DNA of 64,000 nucleotides, from positions 44,424-108,423 of the forward strand of contig CAWGBL010000005.1 of assembly GCA_963820815.1 (NCBI GenBank), written 5' to 3'. Positions 53,677 to 64,000 of the stretch are shown here, piece after piece (within the stretch, counting starts at the first letter, position 1; every line of letters begins with the position of its first letter). The notes beneath the pieces were generated by a model that did not search any database, had not been told where the DNA came from, and worked only from the letters and a program-made list of their open reading frames with translations. A program made the translations under genes and the position numbers. The DNA is from an uncultured Actinomycetota bacterium (GTDB taxonomy: Bacteria; Actinomycetota; Acidimicrobiia; Acidimicrobiales; RAAP-2).

Positions 53677-54317
53677 ACCCGCCGGTCGTTGGCCCAGCGC
53701 GTGAGCTGGTGCCGGTTGGAGAGCTGGAGCTTGCGCAGCACGGACGAGACGTGGCTCTCGACGGTCTTGACCGAGATGGACAGGCTGGCCGCGATGTCCT
53801 TGTAGGCGTAGCCGCGCGCGATGAGGCGAAGCACGTCGCGCTCGCGCGGGGTCAGCTGGTCGAGCTCGGGGTCGGCGGCCAGGCGCGCGAGGCCCGGGTC
53901 GGTCTGGGCGAAGGCGTCGAGCACGAAGCCGGCCAGGCGCGGGGAGAACACGGCGTCGCCGGCCGCGACGCGGTAGATGGCGTCGACGAGGTCGCTCCCG
54001 GAGATCGACTTGGTGACGTAGCCGCGCGCGCCGGCGCGAACGATGGCGATGACGTCCTCGGCGGCGTCCGAGACGGAGAGCGCGAGGAAGCGGATCGACT
54101 CGTCGACGTGGTGCACGCGGCGCAGGACCTCGAGGCCCCCGCCGTCGGGCATGTGCACGTCGAGCAGCACGACGTCGGGGCGGCGCTCGAGGATCATCTC
54201 GCTCGCCGCGTCGACCTCGTCGGCCTCCCCGGCGATCTCGACGGCGCCGCGCAGCTCGGCCCGGATCCCCGAGCGCACCAGCTCGTGGTCGTCGACGAGG
54301 AAGACCCGGACGCTCAC
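53673..54317 (-). CDS. NarL/LuxR-family response regulator
   Basis: VFLVDDH, LLDVHMP, GARGYVTK, LTPRERDVL, SVKTVESHVSSVLRKL. Confidence 0.93.
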   Translation of the reverse strand: MSVRVFLVDDHELVRSGIRAELRGAVEIAGEADEVDAASEMILERRPDVVLLDVHMPDGGGLEVLRRVHHVDESIRFLALSVSDAAEDVIAIVRAGARGYVTKSISGSDLVDAIYRVAAGDAVFSPRLAGFVLDAFAQTDPGLARLAADPELDQLTPRERDVLRLIARGYAYKDIAASLSISVKTVESHVSSVLRKLQLSNRHQLTRWANDRRV

Positions 54318-55600
54318 CGCGGGGGCCGCGGGACCCAGAGCTCGACGTCGGTGCCCGCGCCGGGCGACGTGCGGATGGCCGAGCCGCCGCCGGCCGCGGC
54401 CAGGCGGTCGCGGATCGACATGGTGATCCCGTGGCGGTCGGCCGCGACGGCGTCGACGTCGAAGCCCGAGCCGGTGTCGCGAACGAAGAGCGCGACGCGC
54501 GACTCCTCGACCTCGGCGTAGACGGTGACGGTGGCGGCGCCCGACCACTTGGCGGCGTTGACGCACGCCTCGCGCCCGGCGCCGGCCAGGGCGGCCACCG
54601 CGTCGTCGGCGGCGACGTCGCCGACGACGACGACCTCGACGCGCACGCCGTAGTCGCGCTCGACGTCGCGCTGGATGGCCGCGACCTGGGAGGCGAGCGT
54701 CTCGACCGCGGGGTCGGGGCGCGACGCGTCGGGGTCGAAGAGCCAGTCGCGCAGGGCGCGCTCCTGGGACCGGGCCAGGCGGATCACGTCGGCGTTGTCC
54801 GGCGCGGCCCGCTCGATGAGGGTGAGGGTCTGCAAGACCGAGTCGTGGACGTGGGCGGCCAGGGCGTTGCGCTCCTCGACGCGAACGCGCTCGCGGCGCT
54901 CGCGCGAGAGGTCGCGCACGTTCTGGAGCCACCACGGCGCGAGCAGGATCAGGACCCCGCCGAGCAGCACGGCGCCGCCGACCAGCGCCGGGACCGCCGC
55001 GCCCCAGATCCCGCCGACGCGCGAGAGGATGCTCAGCCCCAGGACGAGCAACACGAGGCCGGGCACGACGCGCAGCAGGAGCCCGCGCCAGCCGCGGGCC
55101 CGGGCCCCGCGCGCGATCGAGGAGGACTCGAGGATGACGTCGAGCTGGGCGCGCTCGTCGGGCGAGGCGCTGCGGTACGCGACGACGACGCCGATCGCCG
55201 CCAGGACGACCGTCCACACGAAGCCGCCGGTCCCCTGGACGACGGTCGAGCCGGTCAGCAGCAGGACGACGACCACGACGGCGGTGCTCCACAGCGCGAT
55301 CTGGATCTCGCCGCGGTGGTGGCTGAGGCGGTGCCCGATCGACTCGGCCTCGCCGTAGCGCGGCGTGAAGAGCCACATCCCGACGTAGAGCAGGAGGCCC
55401 GCGCCCCAGGCGAGGGCCAGCAGCGCGAAGACGACGCGCACGGTGCGCTCGCGCACGCCCAGGCGCACCGCCAGCCCGGCGCAGACCCCGCCGACCACGG
55501 CGAGGTCGGTCGCGCGGTTGAGGGGGCGCTGGGCCACCCCCGGGCGCGGGCGCGGGCCCGGGGGGGCGTCGGGGCGGGGGTGCGAAGCGGCCAAGGTCAC
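54314..55600 (-). CDS. PspC-domain membrane sensor histidine kinase
   Basis: PspC (VGGVCAGLA), TMs, AAHVHDSVLQTL, REACVNAAKWSG, RDTGSGF; AAGGAG RBS. Confidence 0.9.
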   Translation of the reverse strand: MTLAASHPRPDAPPGPRPRPGVAQRPLNRATDLAVVGGVCAGLAVRLGVRERTVRVVFALLALAWGAGLLLYVGMWLFTPRYGEAESIGHRLSHHRGEIQIALWSTAVVVVVLLLTGSTVVQGTGGFVWTVVLAAIGVVVAYRSASPDERAQLDVILESSSIARGARARGWRGLLLRVVPGLVLLVLGLSILSRVGGIWGAAVPALVGGAVLLGGVLILLAPWWLQNVRDLSRERRERVRVEERNALAAHVHDSVLQTLTLIERAAPDNADVIRLARSQERALRDWLFDPDASRPDPAVETLASQVAAIQRDVERDYGVRVEVVVVGDVAADDAVAALAGAGREACVNAAKWSGAATVTVYAEVEESRVALFVRDTGSGFDVDAVAADRHGITMSIRDRLAAAGGGSAIRTSPGAGTDVELWVPRPPR

Positions 55601-55646
55601 GGGTCTCCTTCGCGTCGATTGTCCCACCGCGCGGTGGCGTTGTCAC

Positions 55647-55693
55647 TGGGGGCAAACCCCGAGCCCCCAGGGGCGAATCGGGGTTATACCCGA
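55647..55693. promoter_or_regulatory. Two related inverted-repeat boxes in the divergent promoter
   Basis: TGGGGGCAAACCCCGA (55647-55662) and TCGGGGTTATACCCGA (55678-55693), 31 bp apart. Confidence 0.55.
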
Positions 55694-55728
55694 TGGTAAG
55701 GGCGCGCCGTCGTTCGTACGGTGGAGCC

Positions 55729-56706
55729 GTGGACGAGACCCCCAGCACCGAGCCCACCACCCCCGAGTCCGAGCCAGCCCCCCTGGCCGAACCGACCGCC
55801 GCCACCCCGCCCGCCGCGCCCCGGCTGCACCGCAGCTCGACCCATCGCGTGCTCGGCGGGGTGGCCGGCGGCTTGGGTGAGCGCTTCGACGTCGACGCCA
55901 ACATCTTCCGCGTCGCCTTCGTCGTGTTCGCGATCCTCTGGGGGGTCGGCATCGCGATCTACCTCGCGATGTGGGCCATCCTGCCGCGCGACGGCGTCGC
56001 GCCCGCCGCCGCCGTCGAGCCCGCCGAAGGCCGCTCGCGCCTGCGAACGACGCGCAACACGCTGCTGACCGGCGCCGGCGTCGTCGTCGCCATCGTGCTG
56101 GCCCTCCTGCTCGTGGCGTCGATCGGCCACGGCCCCGGACCGCACGCGCTGCGCGGGCTCGTCGTCTTCTGGCTCATCCTGCTCGTGTTGCTCGCCTTCG
56201 TCGTGACGCGCGTCGCGGGCACCGGCCGGTCGATCTTCCGCGCGATCGGCGCGATGATCGCGACGGTCCTGGTGCTGCTGGTCATCGCGGGTGGGGCTTT
56301 CATGGCCTACCTGGCGTCGACCGGCGTCCCGTTCTCCGGCGGCATCGGCTCGCGGGCCTGGGCGCCGGTAGCCCTGACCGACGTCCAGCACAACTACCGC
56401 AACGGCATCGGCTCCGAGCTCGTCGACCTCAGCGGGGTCACGTTCCCGACGGCCGGGTACGTCGTGCACGCGTCAGTCGGCGTGGGCGTCCTGACGGTCG
56501 ACGTGCCGGCGCGCGCGGTCGTCGACGTGCGCACGGCCGTGGGCGCCGGCAACGTCGAGTACGGCGCGCCGGCGCCGTGGGGCTTCCAGTTCCATCCCTT
56601 CAGCGAGATCCCGGCCGGGATGACGACCGCCGCGGCCGCGCGCGCCCCGCACCTCACGCTGGACTGCTCGGTTGGAGTCGGGAAGATCCGCATCCAGCGC
56701 GGGTGA
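55729..56706 (+). CDS. PspC-domain membrane protein with C-terminal LiaF/DUF2154-like beta domain
   Basis: RLHRSSTHRVLGGVAGGLG...YLAMWAILP; GIGSELVDLS, VGVGVLTVDVP, VGVGKIRI. Confidence 0.85.
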   Translation: MDETPSTEPTTPESEPAPLAEPTAATPPAAPRLHRSSTHRVLGGVAGGLGERFDVDANIFRVAFVVFAILWGVGIAIYLAMWAILPRDGVAPAAAVEPAEGRSRLRTTRNTLLTGAGVVVAIVLALLLVASIGHGPGPHALRGLVVFWLILLVLLAFVVTRVAGTGRSIFRAIGAMIATVLVLLVIAGGAFMAYLASTGVPFSGGIGSRAWAPVALTDVQHNYRNGIGSELVDLSGVTFPTAGYVVHASVGVGVLTVDVPARAVVDVRTAVGAGNVEYGAPAPWGFQFHPFSEIPAGMTTAAAARAPHLTLDCSVGVGKIRIQRG

Positions 56707-56707
56707 C

Positions 56708-57664
56708 CTAGAGGAGGCTGAGCTCCTCGTCGCCGGTCAGCCAGTTCTCGGGCCACTCCCGGTCGCCCCACCAGTCGAGGACGTCGGCCACCGACTCCTC
56801 GAGCGGGCGCAGGAAGAGGCCGGCGCCGATGGCCCTCGACGAGTCCATCGCCAGCGCGGTCTCGTCGCCCCCGAGGGACCAGAGTGGGAACTTGCCCTCC
56901 AGGCCCGCCGCGCGAACGCGCTCGGGGTCCACGACCTCGACGGTGGTGCCCGCCGGACCGACCTGGCCGGCGACCCGGCGGATCAGGTCGACGTACGTGG
57001 TCGCCGGGGTCGGGCCCGCGACGTGGAACTCGTCGACCACCCGGCGCGCCACCAGCCCGGCCACGAAGTTGGCCAAGTCGCGCGCGTCGACGTACTGCAT
57101 CGAGCTCTGCTCGGGGCCGGGCACCGCGACCGCGCCGCCGCGGCGAGCGCGCTCGACCCAGTAGGGGAAGCGCAGGGTCCGGTCGTGCGCGCCGATCACG
57201 TAGGTCGGGCGAACGATCGTGACGTCGCCGAAGGCGGCGTGCCCGGCGCGCTCGGCGTCGGCCTTGAGCGGCCCGTAGGTCTCGCCGGTGATCGGGGCGT
57301 CGGGGTCGACGGCCCCCTCGGGGTGCAGCGAGGCCGTCGCCTCGGTGGCGCCGGGCCCGGCGGGGTCGGCGTAGGCCGAGATCGAGGAGACCTGCACGTA
57401 GTGGCCGGCGGACAGCCCCGACTCGGCCAGGCGCGCGACGTCGCTCGGGCGGTACGCCGTCACGTCCACGGTGGCGTCGAAGCTGCGCCCGGCCAGCGCC
57501 GAGAGGTCGCTCGCGCGGTCGCCGACCAGGCGCTCGACCTCGTCGGGCAGGTCATTGGCGGTGACCCCGCGGTTGAAGACCGTGACCTCGTGGCCCTGGC
57601 GCGCCAGGGCGAGCGCGATGGCGCGCCCGACGAACGCGGTGCCGCCGACGACGAGGGTCTTCAT
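56708..57664 (-). CDS. NAD-dependent epimerase/dehydratase family protein
   Basis: MKTLVVGGTAFVG, VTVFNRG, YGPLKADAE, VRPTYVIG, DARDLA; AAGGAG RBS. Confidence 0.9.
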   Translation of the reverse strand: MKTLVVGGTAFVGRAIALALARQGHEVTVFNRGVTANDLPDEVERLVGDRASDLSALAGRSFDATVDVTAYRPSDVARLAESGLSAGHYVQVSSISAYADPAGPGATEATASLHPEGAVDPDAPITGETYGPLKADAERAGHAAFGDVTIVRPTYVIGAHDRTLRFPYWVERARRGGAVAVPGPEQSSMQYVDARDLANFVAGLVARRVVDEFHVAGPTPATTYVDLIRRVAGQVGPAGTTVEVVDPERVRAAGLEGKFPLWSLGGDETALAMDSSRAIGAGLFLRPLEESVADVLDWWGDREWPENWLTGDEELSLL

Positions 57665-57766
57665 GGTCGCTCCTTGGGTCCCGGCCACCCTACGGGCCGG
57701 CCGGCGCGCCCGGCCCGCGCGGCGACGGGGCCGGGCCGCGCGACTCCCCGTCGGTAGGGTCGTGGA

Positions 57767-60700
57767 ATGCCCGGCCTGCGGCTCGTCGCCAGCCGCGACC
57801 TCGGGGCGCTGGCCGACCACTGGGTCGCGCACCGCCCGCCCGGGGACCCGCTCGTTCGCGAGACGGTGGTGGTGCCCAACAAGGTCGTCGGCGACTGGTT
57901 CGAGCAGGCGGTGGCGACGCGCACCGGCGCGAACGGCGGGCGCGACGGGGTGGCGGCCAACCTGGACCTCCTCTTCGTGGCCGGGCTGCTCGGGCGCGCC
58001 CTCTACGGCGACGCCGCGGCGCTCGACGAGTGGGGCGCGGCGGCACTGGCGGTCGAGATCCACGCCGCCGACGCGCGCTGCTCGATGGGCGAGGCGCTGC
58101 GCCGCGGAGCGGCGCTGGCCGACCTGGTCGCCCTGCGCGGCGACGAGCTCGACGCGCACCTCGGCGCGGACCGCGCTGCCGAGCGCGCCGTCGTGAATCG
58201 GCGCGCCGCGCACGGGCAGCTCGCGCCGACCGAGCAGTTCGCCGCCGGCGCGCTCGTGCCGTCCGCGGGTCGCCTGACCCTCGTCGGCGCGCTGGCCTCG
58301 CCCTACGGCCCGCTCGCGCCCCGGGTCGTGCGCGCGCTCTCGGCCGGCGCGGACGTCACCCTCTACGCCGCCCTGGGCGCGCGCGAGCTGTTCGAGGCGC
58401 CGCGCGGCGCGCCCGAGGACCGGTCACTGGTCGAGCGCTGGGGCGCGCCGCTGGCCGCGCACCTAGCCCTGTGGCGCGAGCACGCCGGCTTCGACGACGA
58501 GCAGTGGCTCGACGGCGGCGGCGCCGGAGCGCGCGCCGACGTCCTCGCCGCGCTCGGCGGACGGTCCTCGGGCGAGGGCGAGCCGTCGGCGACCCCGTTC
58601 CTCGAGGTCCACTCGACGGTCGGCCTGGCCCGCCAGGTCGAGGTGGCGCGCGACGCGCTGCTGGGCGCGCTCGAGGCCTCGGGCCGCGCCCCGCACGAGG
58701 CCCGCGTCGCCGCGGTCGACCCGGGCGCCGCGGCGCCGCTGCTCGCCGCGTACTTCACGCCCAGCGCGGTCGAGGCCGACGACGCGCCGCGCCTCCAGGT
58801 CGAGGTGGCCGACCCGGCAGTGCCGCGCCGGTCCCTGCGCCTCGACGCCTTCGTGTCCGTCCTGCGGGCCGTCGGCGGCACGTCGACGCTTCACGACGTG
58901 GCCTCGCTCTTGACCGCTCCGTCGCTGCGCCAGGGACTCGGCCTGGGCGCCGACGAGGTCGAGCGCGTGGTGCGCCTGGGCGCGCAGGGCCGCGTCGGGG
59001 TGGGCCTCGACGCCGACGACGACGCGCGCGCCGGGGTCTTCGAGCCCGGCAGCGACGCGGGCACTTGGCGCCGGCTGCTGGACCGCGTCGCCCTGGCCAC
59101 CTGCTTCGACCCCGGGGGCGGCGGGGAGGTCGCGCCCCTGGGCTCGGCCGAGGACCTCGCCGCCGCCGCCTCGGCGGCACCCCTGATTGGCGCCCTGGCC
59201 GCGGTGGCGCGCCGCGCGCGCGGCGCGCGGCCGCTCGACGAGTGGGTCGGGGACCTGAGGGCGCTGGCCGCGCTGATCGAGCGCGACGAGAGCGTGCGCG
59301 ACCCCAGCCTCGACCGGCTCGTCGCGACCCTCGACCGGCTCGCGCCGTCGTCGGCGCGCGACGTCACCCTCGAGGAGGTGCGCGACCTGGTCGACGCCCT
59401 GTGCGCGGGCGGCGGCGGCGCGTCGCTGCTCGGGCGCGGCGGCGCGTCGATGGTGGGGCTCGCCGCGGGCGCGGCGATCCCCTTCGCGCTGAGCGCGGTC
59501 GTCGGCCTCGACGACGAGACCATGCCCGACGCGCGGCGCCGGGTGGGCGAGCTCGGCGAGTCGCGGCCGACCGACCCCGACCCGCGCGCCGAGCTGCGCG
59601 CCGGGCTGCTGCTCACGCTCGCGTCGACGTCCGAGCGCGTCCTGCTCTTCACCAGCGACCGGCGCGCGGTCGACGGCGTCGACCTGGACCCGGCGCTCGT
59701 GCTCGACGAGCTCGACGAGGCGCTGGCCGCGGGCGACCCCGCGCTGCGCGCGACGCGCCGGCGCCACCCGCGCCACGGCTTCTCGACCTCGCCCGACGCG
59801 AACGGCGACGTGGCCGAGCCGGGCGGGGTCGCCTTCAGCCTCGACCCCGCGCACGCCGTCGCGGCCTCGCGCCTGGCGCGCGCGCCCGCGCTCGACGACG
59901 ACCTGCCACTCTTCGAGGTCGCCGGCGCGCCCCCGGACCCCGGGCCGGTCGACGTCGAGCAGCTCGTGCGATTCCTGCGCCGGCCTCAGAGGGTCTTCCT
60001 GCACGACGCCTTCGCCTCGGCGCGGCTGCCCGAGGCGGCGGCCGAGCGCGCCGACGCCCCGCCGGTCGCGGCCGGGACCCCGCTCGACCTCTACCCCTGG
60101 CGCGAGGGCGAGCTCGCCGCGGCGGTCGAGACCGGGGACGACCCCGTGGCGCCGGCGGGCCCGGACTCGGTCGTCGGCACCGTCGCCGCCGGCTGGCGCG
60201 CCCGCGCGCTCGAGGAGCTCGACGTGGCCGGGCTCGCGTCGTTCGCGCGCGCCCTGCGCGACGGGTTCGCCGTGGCCGGGGCGACGCGCTCGCCGGGGTT
60301 CGCCGCCCCGGCGGTGGTCGCCGGGGCGTCGCGCGACGTTGAGCGCGGGCCGCTGGGCGTGTACGACACCGCGCGCGGCCCGGTCCTCGTCGAGTTCACG
60401 CCGGCGCGCCGGTACGGCGCCCGGCTCGTCGGTCTGATCGCGCGCGCCGCCGTCGCCACCCTCGAGGCGCGACGCGCGGTCCCGGGCGTGCTGCTGCGCG
60501 CCCAGACCCCGGACGAGGCGCGGCGCCACCCGTCGCGCCGGCCGGTGCTGGTGGTGCGCTGGCGCCCGGGCGACGCCGTCGCCGACGCGGCGGGCCTGCT
60601 CGACGGGCTGATCGCGCTCTACGACGCCCGTCTCGAGCGGCTGCCCCTGCACGCGATGGCGACCGCGCTGGCCACCGACGAGCGGTTCGGCCCGCGCGGC

Positions 60701-60952
60701 GAGGCCGTCGTCGACGCGCCCGACCAGGAGTGGCTCACGAGGGGGTTCCGCGGCCGCGACGACCGGGGGGAGTCGCTCAGCCCCGAGTGCCGCCTGCTCC
60801 TGCCGCTGACCTACCGCGAACTGCGCGAGGCGCGCGGCGGCGAGTTCGTCGCCCAGTCGCGCGCGCTGACCCGAGCCCTGGCCGCGGTCGAGGTCGAGGC
60901 GACCGGGACCGACGGCCCCTGGCTCGACCTGGCGGAGGCCGGCGGTGGCTGA
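57767..60952 (+). CDS. recC: Exodeoxyribonuclease V gamma subunit-like
   Basis: DPLVRETVVVP...W...DGVAANLD N-terminus, RQVEVARD, LVRFLRRPQRVFL; length 1061 aa; directly precedes a RecB-like gene. Confidence 0.8.
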   Translation: MPGLRLVASRDLGALADHWVAHRPPGDPLVRETVVVPNKVVGDWFEQAVATRTGANGGRDGVAANLDLLFVAGLLGRALYGDAAALDEWGAAALAVEIHAADARCSMGEALRRGAALADLVALRGDELDAHLGADRAAERAVVNRRAAHGQLAPTEQFAAGALVPSAGRLTLVGALASPYGPLAPRVVRALSAGADVTLYAALGARELFEAPRGAPEDRSLVERWGAPLAAHLALWREHAGFDDEQWLDGGGAGARADVLAALGGRSSGEGEPSATPFLEVHSTVGLARQVEVARDALLGALEASGRAPHEARVAAVDPGAAAPLLAAYFTPSAVEADDAPRLQVEVADPAVPRRSLRLDAFVSVLRAVGGTSTLHDVASLLTAPSLRQGLGLGADEVERVVRLGAQGRVGVGLDADDDARAGVFEPGSDAGTWRRLLDRVALATCFDPGGGGEVAPLGSAEDLAAAASAAPLIGALAAVARRARGARPLDEWVGDLRALAALIERDESVRDPSLDRLVATLDRLAPSSARDVTLEEVRDLVDALCAGGGGASLLGRGGASMVGLAAGAAIPFALSAVVGLDDETMPDARRRVGELGESRPTDPDPRAELRAGLLLTLASTSERVLLFTSDRRAVDGVDLDPALVLDELDEALAAGDPALRATRRRHPRHGFSTSPDANGDVAEPGGVAFSLDPAHAVAASRLARAPALDDDLPLFEVAGAPPDPGPVDVEQLVRFLRRPQRVFLHDAFASARLPEAAAERADAPPVAAGTPLDLYPWREGELAAAVETGDDPVAPAGPDSVVGTVAAGWRARALEELDVAGLASFARALRDGFAVAGATRSPGFAAPAVVAGASRDVERGPLGVYDTARGPVLVEFTPARRYGARLVGLIARAAVATLEARRAVPGVLLRAQTPDEARRHPSRRPVLVVRWRPGDAVADAAGLLDGLIALYDARLERLPLHAMATALATDERFGPRGEAVVDAPDQEWLTRGFRGRDDRGESLSPECRLLLPLTYRELREARGGEFVAQSRALTRALAAVEVEATGTDGPWLDLAEAGGG

Positions 60953-63900
60953 GTTCGACGTCGTGACCTCCGCGCTGCGCGCCGGCGCGGCCGACGCGGT
61001 GCCACGTCCGCTGGTCGTCGAGGCCGGCGCGGGCACCGGCAAGACGTGGACCCTGGCCCACCTGGCGACGCGCTTCATGATCGAGGACGGCGTCGAGCCC
61101 GACGAGGTCCTGATGGTCACCTTCACGCGCGACGCCGCGCGCGAGCTGCGCGGCCGGGTGCGCGCGCGCCTGGCCGAGGTGCGCGACTTCCTCGTCGCCG
61201 AGCGCGCTCCGCGCGACGCCGTCGAGTCGCACCTCGCGTCGCGCTGGGGCGCGGGCGCGGACCGCGCCGGCGACGCCCGGCGCGCGCGGCACTGCCTGGC
61301 CGGCCTCGACGGCCTGCACGCGCGCACGATCCATTCCTTCGCCGCGGTCAGCGTCGCGGGCGCCGCCGGCCGGGCCGGGGAGGACGCGCGGCTGTGGCGC
61401 CACGCGACCAACCTCGCGACGTCGCGCTGGGCCCTGGAGGAGCCGGGGCGCTTCGGCGCGTGGCGCGACGCGGGCGGCGAGCCGGTGCTCGACGCGGTCG
61501 TCCACGCGCTCTACGACGCCGGCGTGCGCCCGGGAGCGCCGGCGCCGACGGTGCGCGTCCTGCCCGAGGTCGACGGCGACGGGCCGGACGACGCGCTCGC
61601 CGCGACCCAGCGCGACCTGGCCCTCGAGGTCGTCGAGCGCTACGTGGAGCTCGCGCGGCGCGCCGGCCGGACGTCGTTCGCCGACCTGCTGGTCGCGCTG
61701 GCCGGCCGAATCGACCAGCGCGACGCGGCGCGCTTCCGCGACGAGCTGCGCTCGAGCTACCGGGTCGTGATGATCGACGAGTTCCAGGACACCGACCCGC
61801 TGCAGTGGCACGTGTTCCGCTGGCTGGCTTCGCCGACGCGCCCGACACCCGGCTGGTGGTCGTCGGCGACCCCAAGCAGGCGATCTACGGCTTCCGTTCG
61901 GGGTCGGTCGAGACGTTCCTCGACGTGGCGGCGGCCGCGCGCGGCGCCGGCCAGGCGACGGCCACGCTCTCGACGAGCTACCGGTCGACCCCGGGGCTGG
62001 TCGACGCGCTCAACCGCCTCTTCGCCGGCGCCGACTTCCACTACCGCCCCGGCGACGCGGCGGGCGGGCCGCGGATCGCCTTCAGCGCGGCCGACGCCGC
62101 GCGCGACGACGCCCCCAGCCCGCTCGGAGCGATCGACCCCGCCGCGCTGCACCTGCGCGTCGCGCCGTACTCGGGCGACGCGCAGCGCAAGGTCCTCGAC
62201 GAGGTGGCCGACTACGTCGAAGTCGCTCGCGCGGCCGGCGTGGCGTACCACGAGATCGCGGTGCTGTGCCGGTCCAACGCCGAGTGCGACTCGGTCCAGC
62301 GCCACCTGGTGCGACGGCGCCTGCCGGCCGTCACGTCGAGCGGGCCGTCGATCTTCGAGTGCGAGGCCGCGGCCCAGCTGCGGACCCTGCTGGTGGCCGT
62401 GGAGTCGCCCGAGGACGCCGGGCTGACCGAGGGCCTGCGGGCCACGTGGTTCCGCGGGCCGGCCGCCGCCGACCCGGCGAGCGCCGAGCTCGGTGCGGCG
62501 CTCGCCGCGCTGGCGCGCGAGCTCTCGGCCGGCGGGGTCGCGGCGGTCGCGCGCTTCTGCCGCAGCGCCCGGGTCGTCGACGCGGTGCTGGGCGCGCGCG
62601 ACGGCGAGCGCCACCTGACCGACCTCGGGCCACCTCTGCGAGCTGATGGGCGCGGAGTGCCACGGGCTGCGCTCGGCGACCCCGGTCATCGACTGGCTCG
62701 ACGGGACGTCGCGGGCCGAGGCGGCCGACGAGGCGACGTCGAGCCGGCGCCTGGAGACCGAGAGCGACGCGGTGCGGGTGCTCACCGTCCACAAGTCCAA
62801 GGGCCAGCAGTGGCGCGTCGTCCTGCTGCCCTTCGTGCGATCGGGCTTCAGCGCGGTGCGCCGCGACACGCTGGTGCGCTGGCTCGAGGGGGGCGCGACG
62901 CACATCGACGCGGGGTCGGGGTTCAACTGGGGCGACGAGGCGTCGGTGCGCGACCGCGTCGACCGTGCCGAGGCGGCCAGCGCCGGCGAGGGCCGGCGAC
63001 TGGCCTACGTCGCGGCCACGCGCGCGCGCGACGCGGTCGTGCTGTGGTTCACGATGCCCAACCGGACCCCGCTCGAGGGCGAGCTGGCCCGGCTCCTCTT
63101 CGACCGCGAGGGCGACCCGTCGCGCGTCGTCAACCGCACGCTGGCCGAGGTGCGCCACCGCTACGTCGGCGCCGGGTGGGCCGCGAAGCGCGAGGCCGCC
63201 GTCGCGGCGGCGCTGCGCGACCCGGTCGACGCGCTGCGCGCGAGCCTCGCCGGCGCGGCCACGATCGCGGTGATGGCCGTGGGCGACGAGGTCGCGCCCG
63301 CCGGGACCGGCGCCCCCGAGCCCGCGGGCGAGCCGGCGCGCTGGGTGGCCGGCGCCGCGCCGCGCGCCGCGCTCGAGCGGCGTCGCTGGTCCTACAGCGC
63401 GGTGGCCGCCGCGCTGCGCGCCCACGACGTCGACGTCGACGGGCACGGGCGCCGACGAGTCGGGCGCCGACGAGGCCGACGACGCCGTGCGCGACGACGT
63501 GGCCGGCGCCTTCGGCGGCCTGGCCGGCACGCGCCTCGGCGTGCTCGTGCACGAGGTGCTCGAGGCCGTGGTCGGCCACGGCGCGACGCTCGACGCCGCG
63601 CTGGAGCGGGCCTGGGCCGCGCGGCGGCTGGGGCGACGCGCCCTCGGCGGACGTCGCGCGCAGCGTGCGCTCGGCGCTGGCGCGCCCGGTCCCGGCGTGG
63701 GGCGGGGCGAGCCTCGCGGACCTCGCGCGGGTCCGACGTCGCGGCCGAGCTGCGCTTCACCCTGGCGCTGGGCGAGCGCCCGGGCGACCGGCTGGTCGCC
63801 GCGGCGCGCGCGGTGTCGCGCCTCGACCGCTCGGGGGAGGGCGACGGGCTCTTCGCCGACTACTTCGCCGCGCCCGAGACCCTGCGCCGACCTGGCCACC

Positions 63901-64000
63901 GAGGGGTTCCTCGTCGGCAGCCTCGACCTCACGCTGCGCGCGGGCGGGCGCTACCGGGTGGTCGACTACAAGACCGACCGCCTGCCCGGCGCGACGCGGC
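60945..64000 (+). CDS. recB: Exodeoxyribonuclease V beta subunit-like helicase-nuclease (indels; runs off the window end)
   Basis: EAGAGTGKT, TFTRDAA, DEFQDTD, VGDPKQAIYGFR, TVHKSKG, YVAATRAR, nuclease GSLDL...VVDYKT. Confidence 0.85.

Noticed and set aside
57690-57745. GC-rich inverted repeats as terminators or REP-like elements (also about 9245-9280 and 40600-40680)
   Set aside because: No U-tract and no shared sequence between copies; such pairing arises easily at this GC content

Overview
Very GC-rich, gene-dense bacterial chromosomal segment spanning the replication origin of an actinobacterium. Gene order, DUF5318-PadR-ino1, DUF6049-murJ and a CwlM-like gene point to Actinomycetota; Acidimicrobiia is my best guess and is inference only. 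The core order is dnaB-rplI-rpsR-ssb-rpsF, panB, ino1, CCA-adding enzyme, murJ, trxBA, parB-parA-(4x parS)-rsmG-jag-yidC-yidD-rnpA-rpmH | dnaA-oriC-dnaN-recF-DUF721-gyrB-gyrA. Flanking this are a 2-oxoacid dehydrogenase operon, rlmN, ABC systems, a PspC-type two-component locus and recC-recB. Many essential genes (gyrA, gyrB, dnaB, trxB, E1/E2, recB) carry indels that look like consensus errors rather than real pseudogenisation. I saw no tRNA, rRNA, IS, prophage or CRISPR. The best candidate for an undescribed system is an operon joining an acyl-CoA-producing dehydrogenase (E1a-E1b-E2) to a Pat-type GNAT, a Zn-dependent deacetylase and a USP (acyl donor source, writer, eraser and likely target). 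Several unannotated cis-elements are also visible: a 5-unit PHO-box-like array, a second DnaA-box cluster with a GGGTTGA repeat, a rare-codon direct repeat inside parB, DnaA-trios, and an S6:S18-type leader. Stop codons are strongly TAG-biased. All calls come from motif recognition by eye; no searches were run.
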